Shown here: one piece after another, positions 1 to 7,225 of the stretch
How positions within the stretch are numbered: the first letter of the stretch is position 1
Layout of the letters: each line of letters opens with the position of its first letter
Assembly (NCBI GenBank): GCA_039920285.1
Contig: JBDSDX010000001.1
Span: 150,001 to 182,000, forward strand
DNA length: 32,000 bases
Direction: 5' to 3'
Origin: Candidatus Saccharimonadota bacterium
GTDB lineage: Bacteria > Patescibacteriota > Saccharimonadia > Saccharimonadales > Saccharimonadaceae
Translations under genes and position numbers: made by a program
Notes under the pieces: model-generated
The model's input: the letters and a program-made list of their open reading frames with translations, nothing else
Databases searched by the model: none
Told to the model about the DNA's origin: nothing

Positions 1-723
1 CGCCATAGCGAGACCGGCACCATTGGCGATTGTCGCCACATTCCCCTCTGGGTTGATAGTGACAAAGTTTGCCTCAGCTGGCGTTTCTTCAAATTTCCAG
101 CTATGGCGAAAGGCGGCTGCATCATCGACCGTCATTTTACAGTCACCAGCAATGAGCTTCTCGTCGTTTGTGAGGACAAGGGGATTGATCTCAATAAGTG
201 TTGCGTCATTTTTTACGAAACAACTATAGAGATTCTCCACTAAATCTTGGAGAACAAAGGTGTGGGTTGGTAATTCGAAATAATCTGCCAGTTCTTGACC
301 AATCACTTCGGCATTGAAACCGACGTAGTCGATGGGCCAAGTTTTGAAGTCGGTATTGTCCTCAACTTCAACGCCGCCGTTTCGGTGAGCAACTAAGACA
401 ATGCTCGAAAGCGCGCGGTCGATGAGGATACTGAGATAAAATTCCCTTTTGATCGACAGCTTTTCTTCAACGAGAATTGTTTTTGGTACGAAGTTTTTAA
501 TAGAGAGGTTGAAGATTTTTTCGATAGCTTCATTACTGGCCTCTTTTGAATCGACAACAACAATGCCGCCCGCCTTGCCACGTCCGCCGATTGGCACTTG
601 GGATTTTAATACGTAGGGAAGTGAATGAGAGGGTGACTCCCCTTTTTTGATTACCTCAGAATCGGGGATGGGGATTGATGCCTCGGCCAAAAGTTTCTTG
701 GCCTCGTATTCTAGAAGTTTCAT
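1..723 (-). CDS. sucC: Succinate--CoA ligase (ADP-forming) beta subunit, N-terminal 241 codons; gene continues past the left edge
   Basis: My own translation of the minus strand from ATG at 723-721 gives MKLLEYEAKKLLAEASIPIP...LKSQVPIGGRGKAGGIVVV...REFYLSILIDR...LIEINPLVLT...ATIANGAGLAMA. This is colinear with the SucC ATP-grasp domain and the start of its CoA-ligase domain. The frame is open to base 1, which explains its absence from the ORF track. Confidence 0.85.
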   Translation of the reverse strand, partial: MKLLEYEAKKLLAEASIPIPDSEVIKKGESPSHSLPYVLKSQVPIGGRGKAGGIVVVDSKEASNEAIEKIFNLSIKNFVPKTILVEEKLSIKREFYLSILIDRALSSIVLVAHRNGGVEVEDNTDFKTWPIDYVGFNAEVIGQELADYFELPTHTFVLQDLVENLYSCFVKNDATLIEINPLVLTNDEKLIAGDCKMTVDDAAAFRHSWKFEETPAEANFVTINPEGNVATIANGAGLAMA

Positions 724-725
724 GG

Positions 726-1730
726 CTAAGCCTTGCCTGTGAAGAATTTGCGAAACTTTCGCATACCTGTCTGGTCGGGGGCAAGGTCATGTAAAATAAT
801 AGAATTTATATAACTTGTCGGTACTTTTCGTTTGCTTTGAATGCCAATTCTTAGCCATAGACTTCGAATCCAAAAATAACCTATTGATGCCAACCATCCT
901 TTTAATGCCGAAAAGCCGGTACCATTTTTCACAGCGTTCCCGAAAAACAAAATGTAGAGAACGAGTAAACGAAAGCCGATGGGAAGAAAGAGTCCTGCCG
1001 GGACATTTTTAATAAACAGGAGAGGGATGTTTTTAAATGTTTGATAGACGGTAAAGCCGGGTATTTTTTTACTTGTTGCACCTTGTTGATGATAGGCAAT
1101 AGCTCTATTGGTGAAGTAAACCTTGTGATCGGCAAGTTGAGCACGAAAACTAATGTCTGCATCCTCGAAATAAGCAAAGAAGCTCTCATCAAACAATCCG
1201 ATTTCTTTAAAAAGAGAGGTTTTATAAAGACTGGCGCCTCCTGTGGCTCCAAATACAAAATCAGACGGTTCTACTGACATGGCTGATCGGCCACGGCTTC
1301 TTGCAAACGAGGTTCCCCAGACAGAATAGTATTCGCCTGTGCTGTCGATCTTGTCACCCTTTGAATTCAAAAGAAGACCGGTGACGATTGATGCCTTACG
1401 AGTCTCTTTTGTAAGTTCACTCAACCACTCTTTGTCAGCTATGGCATCATTATTAATCAAGGCAACATTATCGAAACGGTTATTAATTGCGTAGGCGATT
1501 CCAGTATTAACACCGCCAGCGAAACCTTTGTTCTTTTTATTGTAAATGACAACTAAGTCTTCGTGTTTATTTGCGATTTCTTGGAGTTTGTCCTGTGACC
1601 CATCTATAGATCCATTATCAATAACAAGGATTTTGAAGTTCTGATATGTTTGGTTGAAGAGTGAATCAAGGCACTTTTCTGTGTCATTAATGCCATTCCA
1701 GTTCAGTACAACGATAAGGACGCTAGTCAT
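726..1730 (-). CDS. Family 2 glycosyltransferase (rhamnosyltransferase-like GT-A)
   Basis: 334-aa ORF. The N-terminus VLIVVLNWNGINDTEKCLDSLFNQTYQNFKILVIDNGSIDGS plus the NNDA and FAYFEDADISFR motifs are typical of GT2. The stop TAG lies 2 nt before the sucC ATG. Confidence 0.85.
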   Translation of the reverse strand: MTSVLIVVLNWNGINDTEKCLDSLFNQTYQNFKILVIDNGSIDGSQDKLQEIANKHEDLVVIYNKKNKGFAGGVNTGIAYAINNRFDNVALINNDAIADKEWLSELTKETRKASIVTGLLLNSKGDKIDSTGEYYSVWGTSFARSRGRSAMSVEPSDFVFGATGGASLYKTSLFKEIGLFDESFFAYFEDADISFRAQLADHKVYFTNRAIAYHQQGATSKKIPGFTVYQTFKNIPLLFIKNVPAGLFLPIGFRLLVLYILFFGNAVKNGTGFSALKGWLASIGYFWIRSLWLRIGIQSKRKVPTSYINSIILHDLAPDQTGMRKFRKFFTGKA

Positions 1731-1746
1731 AATATTGCTTCTATCT

Positions 1747-1752
1747 TATAAT
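1747..1752 (+). promoter_or_regulatory. Candidate -10 box (TATAAT) 13 nt upstream of the permease ATG
   Basis: TATAAT at 1747-1752 sits in the 35-bp divergent gap 1731-1765. There is no Shine-Dalgarno sequence between it and the ATG at 1766. Confidence 0.4.
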
Positions 1753-1765
1753 TAATCCTGAACTT

Positions 1766-2581
1766 ATGAAACTTTCAAATATTTTTCGAAAAAAGAACAG
1801 AGTCCTTTTAGGCGAACTTGTTCGAACAGAATTCAAGCTTAGATATCAAGACTCGGCACTTGGATTCCTGTGGTCTTTATTGAAACCATTACTTATGTTC
1901 GCGATTCTTTATTTTGTGTTCGGACATTTATTGAAAATCGGATCAAGTATTGAACATTATGCCGTCTATCTATTACTCGGAGTCGTTCTTTGGAACTTCT
2001 TCGTTGAGGCGACAGGTCAGGGTCTGTCGGCGATCGTTGCACGAGGTGATCTTATTCGAAAGATTAACTTTCCTAAATATATCATCGTTATTTCCGGTAC
2101 AATATCCGCACTCATCAACCTTGGTCTGAGTCTTATTATCATCGGCGTGTTCATGGTCCTCAATCATGTTCCATTATTGGCAACCGCACCTCTCTTCATT
2201 CTCCCCGTTATCGGACTGTATGTTTTGGCTCTCGCTATCGCTTTCTTCCTCGCTGCTGCGAATGTAAAATATCGAGATGTCGGACACATATGGGAGATCG
2301 TTATTCAGGCCGCATTTTATGCTACACCAATTCTCTATCCGATTTCAGTGGTTATAGAACAGAGCCATACTATTGGAAATATATTAATGCTAAGTCCGGT
2401 CGCTCAAGCAATCCAAGATACTCGGTACCTGTTAGTCACTCATCAGACAATCACGACAACAAGTTTATTTAACGGAGAATGGTACATGATAGCCATCCCA
2501 TATGCTATCACTGCTATCATTATTTTCTTCGCCGTCATTTATTTTAAGAAGAGTTCTAGATTCTTTGCGGAGAATGTGTAA
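1766..2581 (+). CDS. ABC-2 type polysaccharide/teichoic-acid export permease (Wzm/TagG/RgpC-like)
   Basis: 271 aa with about 6 hydrophobic segments. The N-terminal EFKLRYQDSALGFLWSLLKPLL motif is characteristic of ABC-2 glycan exporters. Its stop overlaps the ATG of the ATPase (TAATG). Confidence 0.85.
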   Translation: MKLSNIFRKKNRVLLGELVRTEFKLRYQDSALGFLWSLLKPLLMFAILYFVFGHLLKIGSSIEHYAVYLLLGVVLWNFFVEATGQGLSAIVARGDLIRKINFPKYIIVISGTISALINLGLSLIIIGVFMVLNHVPLLATAPLFILPVIGLYVLALAIAFFLAAANVKYRDVGHIWEIVIQAAFYATPILYPISVVIEQSHTIGNILMLSPVAQAIQDTRYLLVTHQTITTTSLFNGEWYMIAIPYAITAIIIFFAVIYFKKSSRFFAENV

Positions 2582-3756
2582 TGAGTAACGTTGTTCTAAA
2601 GGTTGAAAAACTTAACAAAACATTCAAGCTTCCTCATGAAGCGCATAGCGGGATTAAGCAACGTCTTGTGAATGTTCTGAAGCATAAAAGAGGATACGAG
2701 TTGCAGCATGTCCTAAAAAATATATCATTTGAAATTGAAGAAGGTGATTTCTTTGGTATTGTGGGACGAAACGGAAGTGGTAAGAGTACGCTTCTAAAAC
2801 TTATGGCAGGGATATATACGCCTGATACAGGAAAAGTCGATATCAATGGTAGTCTGGTTCCATTTATTGAACTCGGCGTTGGATTTAATCCGGAACTTAC
2901 TGGCCGTGAGAATATATTCCTTAACGGGGCTCTCTTGGGCTTTAGTCGTAAAGAGATGAAACAAAAATATGACAGCATTGTGGAATTCTCTGAACTCGAA
3001 CGATTTATGGATCAGAAGTTGAAGAATTACTCATCCGGTATGCAAGTGCGTTTGGCCTTTTCTATCGCCATTCGTGCAAAAGGAGATATTCTTTTGCTAG
3101 ACGAAGTACTCGCGGTTGGCGACGCCGCTTTTCAGCAGAAGTGTTTTGATTACTTTGAGCAATTAAAAAAGAACAAGAAAACAGTCATTCTCGTTACGCA
3201 TGATATGTCGGCGGTGAAACGGTTTTGTAACAGAGCTATATTGATCGAGGACGGTGAAATTAAGGATAGTGGAACGCCGGAGAGTGTCGCAGATCAGTAC
3301 CTACTTGATAACGTTGATACTGGGCACGATTCAACAGTCAATCAGGATGCAAATAAAAAACTTGAGTCATCGGTAAAGGACATTAATTTCAAAACTCGTA
3401 ATAAAAAGAAAATGAACAGAGACGATACATTGGAATTTGAGATTGGCTATACGATAAACGACAGCTTCAATCCTATTATTGGCTATACAATTTCAAAGAA
3501 TGGTATACCTGTCATCGAAATGAATTCAAGGGGATCTGTTTTATCTAACGCTACCGCTGTGAAGCACACTGTTGCCCACGCCTTACCACTTGAAGCACTC
3601 AATCCTGGAGCGTATAAATTAGACGTCGCTATTTTTAACGAAGACATGAGCCTGCAGGGATACATTCTTTCAGCAACACAATTCGTTGTCGAAGGAAATG
3701 ATCGAACAAGAGGTGGTTTTGTCTATGCTAACGGTGTGTGGACACCAGGTAATTAG
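2581..3756 (+). CDS. Polysaccharide ABC exporter ATP-binding protein (Wzt/TagH/RgpD-like) with an approx. 140-aa C-terminal extension
   Basis: Walker A GRNGSGKST, signature YSSGMQVRLAF, Walker B LLLDEVLAVGD and H-loop VTHDM are all present. Residues from about 250 to 391 lie beyond the NBD and are beta-rich, like a Wzt C-terminal carbohydrate-binding module. Confidence 0.9.
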   Translation: MSNVVLKVEKLNKTFKLPHEAHSGIKQRLVNVLKHKRGYELQHVLKNISFEIEEGDFFGIVGRNGSGKSTLLKLMAGIYTPDTGKVDINGSLVPFIELGVGFNPELTGRENIFLNGALLGFSRKEMKQKYDSIVEFSELERFMDQKLKNYSSGMQVRLAFSIAIRAKGDILLLDEVLAVGDAAFQQKCFDYFEQLKKNKKTVILVTHDMSAVKRFCNRAILIEDGEIKDSGTPESVADQYLLDNVDTGHDSTVNQDANKKLESSVKDINFKTRNKKKMNRDDTLEFEIGYTINDSFNPIIGYTISKNGIPVIEMNSRGSVLSNATAVKHTVAHALPLEALNPGAYKLDVAIFNEDMSLQGYILSATQFVVEGNDRTRGGFVYANGVWTPGN

Positions 3757-3774
3757 CTCAGCACAGTGGCTTAA

Positions 3775-4581
3775 ATGGTATACTTATACTCAATGAATAA
3801 CATTGGGATAAGAGCCGTTAATTTCTTGAAAAGTAAAGATAAGAAAAGAAAACTATATCGGTGTTCAATATGCTTACAAAAAGTTGATTACCTATCTATT
3901 GAAGGTGGATTAGGAAAAACATTAACAGAAGCAGGGTTTCCATATTCACTGAGCGATTTTGAAACACTTAGTCATAAGACATATACCTGCTCAAACTGTG
4001 GTTCTTCGGATCGTGATAGATTGTATAAGCTCTATCTTGAAAATATACTCAAAGGCACAAACTCAAATAAGATCAAGCTTCTTGATTTCGCACCGTCAAA
4101 GTTGCTTGAAGACTATCTAAGATCGAGAAAAGACATCAGATACACATCAGCCGACTTATTTATCGACGGGGTCGATGACAAGGTTGATATAATGGACATG
4201 GATATATATAAAGACAATACGTTCGATTTTTTTATCTGTTCGCATATCCTTGAACATGTTAAAAGCGACGCGAAAGCACTCCAGGAACTACATAGAGTGT
4301 TGAAGAATGATGGTAAGGGGATACTAATGACCCCCATTATCAATAAAGACGGTATTCATGATGAGGATCCATCGGTTAAAAATACTAAAGAACGATGGCG
4401 TCGATTTGCTCAGGATGACCACATTCGTTTATATGAAAAAAAAGTATTCATAGAGAGAGTACATAAAGCCGGATTCAAGATTAAGCCATATGGGTATTGG
4501 AATCTTGGACCAATGAATTTTATTAGGAATGGCATAGACTTCAAATCTAGGTTATATATAGTAACAAAGGACCAGAAATAA
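3775..4581 (+). CDS. Class I SAM-dependent methyltransferase with N-terminal CxxC...CxxC zinc-ribbon
   Basis: 268 aa. Contains CSICLQKV...CSNCGSSDRDR, then LLDFAPS and FDFFICSHILEHVKSDAKALQELHRVLKNDGKGILMTP (Methyltransf_11-like). The start could instead be the ATG at 3793 (MNNIG). Confidence 0.8.
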   Translation: MVYLYSMNNIGIRAVNFLKSKDKKRKLYRCSICLQKVDYLSIEGGLGKTLTEAGFPYSLSDFETLSHKTYTCSNCGSSDRDRLYKLYLENILKGTNSNKIKLLDFAPSKLLEDYLRSRKDIRYTSADLFIDGVDDKVDIMDMDIYKDNTFDFFICSHILEHVKSDAKALQELHRVLKNDGKGILMTPIINKDGIHDEDPSVKNTKERWRRFAQDDHIRLYEKKVFIERVHKAGFKIKPYGYWNLGPMNFIRNGIDFKSRLYIVTKDQK

Positions 4582-5210
4582 TGACAGATAAAATAGGTAT
4601 TCTTGGAGCAGGTGGTCAAGCTGATGAAGTTACCTCATTTTTGCGTGATACCGAAATAGCATTTTACGCAATTTCAGAAGCATATGTAGATACATCTAAT
4701 GAGAAGCAAATTGATATTGCAAAACCGAATGAAGAACAAAAGCTTACCCCTGTGATAGTTGCTATCGGGGCTCCTGAAGTTCGTCGGAGTATGGCCGCTC
4801 AATGGTCTGGAGCTGCGTTCACATCTGTACAGTCCGATGCATCATACATCGACAAGACAGCTGTTATCGATGCGGGATGTATTATTGCTCCTGGAGCGAT
4901 AATCACCACTAATGTTCATATCGGTGCCCACAGCATTGTGAATGTAGGTGCCACAATTAGTCATGATTCTAAAATCGGTGATTTTGTTACTATTGGGCCT
5001 GGTGCTCATCTTGGTGGCCATGTTGTATTGGGTGATGGAGTCTTTGTGGGAATCGGTGCAAGTATTAGTAATGACATAAAAATTGCAAAAGGTTCTGTTA
5101 TTGGCGCTGGAGCTGTTGTTATCAAAGACGTACTTGTCGAAAATAGTGTCGTTGTAGGAATTCCTGCAAAGGTCATCAAGCAGAATGAAGGATGGCTTCG
5201 TGAAATATAG
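4581..5210 (+). CDS. Sugar N-acetyltransferase, NeuD/PglD/VioB family (left-handed beta-helix)
   Basis: 209 aa. N-terminal GILGAGGQADEV Rossmann-like subdomain, followed by hexapeptide repeats IGAHSIVNVGATISHDSKIGDFVTIGPGAHLGGHVVLGDGVFVGIGASI. Confidence 0.85.
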   Translation: MTDKIGILGAGGQADEVTSFLRDTEIAFYAISEAYVDTSNEKQIDIAKPNEEQKLTPVIVAIGAPEVRRSMAAQWSGAAFTSVQSDASYIDKTAVIDAGCIIAPGAIITTNVHIGAHSIVNVGATISHDSKIGDFVTIGPGAHLGGHVVLGDGVFVGIGASISNDIKIAKGSVIGAGAVVIKDVLVENSVVVGIPAKVIKQNEGWLREI

Positions 5211-6315
5211 AATACCCTTTATTCGACCAGAATTCCCTTCATCAGAAGAGATGATTGAGGATTATCGTGCGATACTTGATTCGAACTGGTACACAAATTT
5301 CGGTCCCTATGAACTAGACTTATCACAAAAGGTAGCTGAATATGTGGGCCAAGATATCTATGCGACAACTGTTGCGAACTGTACACTTGGGCTCGATTTA
5401 GCAATTATTGCACTTTTTGATAAGAGTAACGGCAATAAGGTATTGGTCCCGTCATTCACGTTTGCAGCGGGCCCTGAAATGTTAATACGAAATGATTTTG
5501 AACCAGTATTGCTTGATGTTGAAGCTGATACTTGGCATATGAGCATTAAACAGGCTGAAGAAATTCTTTCTAATGATAAAGAGATTGCAGGCATACTGCT
5601 CTGTAATAGTTTCGGTGTTGGGAATCCAAAAATTGAGCAGTGGGAATTACTTGCGAAAAAATATAACAAGAAGCTTATCATTGATAGTGCTGCAGGATTT
5701 GGGTCACGTTATACAAGTGATGAAATAATTGGTGGAAGGGGTGATTGTGAAGTATTTTCTTTGCACGCAACGAAGCCTTTTGCTGTCGGTGAAGGCGGAC
5801 TTGTCACTAGTAGAGACCAGACGCTAATTAAGAAAATTCGTGTATTGCAGAACTTTGGATTTGAAGGTGATAGAACGGTACACACTATCGGAACAAATGC
5901 GAAAATGCAGGAATTTAATTGTGCAATCGGGATTCGTCAGCTGAGTAAATTACAGACAAGAATAAGTGGTAGACAGCAAAAACTCGCGACCTACAAAGCA
6001 CATCTCAAAGATTTTGAGTTTCAGCCGAATGACACTCTTTCTACTGTTCCTTTTGTGTCGGTACTTGTTCCCGAAGGATATGATGCTGATTTCTCTCAAC
6101 AATCACTCCTCGATGCATCAATTGAAGCTCGGCGTTACTATACACCCGCACTTCATCTCCACAGCGCTATTAAGGAGCGATCTTCAATCCCAGGACCACT
6201 AACAGTGACCGAGTCTATGAGTGATAGAATTATTTCTCTTCCACTTTTAAACGATATGACTGATGAAGATATTATTGGTGTTTGTGAAACGTTAATAAAA
6301 ACTAGGAAGGCATAA
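5185..6315 (+). CDS. DegT/DnrJ/EryC1/StrS-family PLP-dependent sugar aminotransferase
   Basis: 376 aa. IPFIRPEF...NFGPYELDL and the FSLHATKPFAVGEGG (PLP lysine) motifs. An alternative GTG start at 5200 has AAGGA 7 nt upstream. The gene overlaps the acetyltransferase 3' end. Confidence 0.85.
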   Translation: MKDGFVKYRIPFIRPEFPSSEEMIEDYRAILDSNWYTNFGPYELDLSQKVAEYVGQDIYATTVANCTLGLDLAIIALFDKSNGNKVLVPSFTFAAGPEMLIRNDFEPVLLDVEADTWHMSIKQAEEILSNDKEIAGILLCNSFGVGNPKIEQWELLAKKYNKKLIIDSAAGFGSRYTSDEIIGGRGDCEVFSLHATKPFAVGEGGLVTSRDQTLIKKIRVLQNFGFEGDRTVHTIGTNAKMQEFNCAIGIRQLSKLQTRISGRQQKLATYKAHLKDFEFQPNDTLSTVPFVSVLVPEGYDADFSQQSLLDASIEARRYYTPALHLHSAIKERSSIPGPLTVTESMSDRIISLPLLNDMTDEDIIGVCETLIKTRKA

Positions 6316-6316
6316 C

Positions 6317-7222
6317 GTGAGAAAGAAGATTGTAAAACTACTACTTGGATTTAATGCCGACGATCTCCACGATATTGCCAGTAAAATTAATAATCATGTC
6401 GATATAAATCAGGGAACACTAAGTGGGCTTACTGAGAAAATAAATCGAATCAATGATCTTGGAGACGCTGCTTTTAATATCTTAAAAGCACAACGTGATA
6501 ATGGTGACTTCTTACGCAATAAGTTGTGGTCTGTCCGGGATACGAGCGAGTATAAGGCTGTTTTTAAGAAAAAGGAACCACTTGTAACAGTTCGAATTGC
6601 GACATATGAAAATGCCGATAAGTTGATAAATGTGGCAATTAAGTCAGTCCTCAATCAAACACATAAGAATATAGAAATTATAGTTGTCGGCGATCATGTG
6701 ACAGATAATACAGAAGCGCGTATAAAAGAGCTTAATGATCCAAGGATTACATTTATCAATCTCCCCTATAGGAGTATTTATCCTGATGACGGCTATAACA
6801 GGTGGCTTGTTGCTGGTTCACCTGGAATGAATATTGGCGCCCATCTTGCTAAAGGCGATTGGATTGCACCACTCGATGATGATGACGCGTTCGCGCCAGA
6901 TCATATTGAGAAATTATTAAAACTTGCCAACGACCAGAAGGCAGAATTCGTCTACGGCGCCATTTTACGAAAAAATACCGCCACTGACGAGGAAGAGGTT
7001 CTTTATTCGGATATGCCTAAGTTTGGAGAGTTCTCATTTCAGTCGGTTATGTATATGAAGCAGTTATCGTTTTTTGAATATGACCAACAAAGTTGGGTTG
7101 TTGGTGAGCCGGGCGACTGGAACCTTTGTCGTCGAATGCTACAAGCTGGAGTAAGAGTTGCAAGTACAGAGGATGTTGTGACGACAATCTACATGACGCC
7201 ACGCCCATTGAAGAATCGTTAA
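6317..7222 (+). CDS. Family 2 glycosyltransferase with approx. 90-aa helical N-terminal extension
   Basis: GTG start preceded by AGGAAGG with a 6-nt spacer. VTVRIATYEN...IEIIVVGDHVTDNT and APLDDDDAF (DxD) motifs. Confidence 0.8.
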   Translation: MRKKIVKLLLGFNADDLHDIASKINNHVDINQGTLSGLTEKINRINDLGDAAFNILKAQRDNGDFLRNKLWSVRDTSEYKAVFKKKEPLVTVRIATYENADKLINVAIKSVLNQTHKNIEIIVVGDHVTDNTEARIKELNDPRITFINLPYRSIYPDDGYNRWLVAGSPGMNIGAHLAKGDWIAPLDDDDAFAPDHIEKLLKLANDQKAEFVYGAILRKNTATDEEEVLYSDMPKFGEFSFQSVMYMKQLSFFEYDQQSWVVGEPGDWNLCRRMLQAGVRVASTEDVVTTIYMTPRPLKNR

Positions 7223-7225
7223 GTC

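Noticed and set aside
393-581. 62-aa and 68-aa ORFs (393-581 minus strand, 23-229 plus strand) at the left edge
   Set aside because: Both lie within or opposite the sucC reading frame, which gives a clear SucC translation in a different frame.
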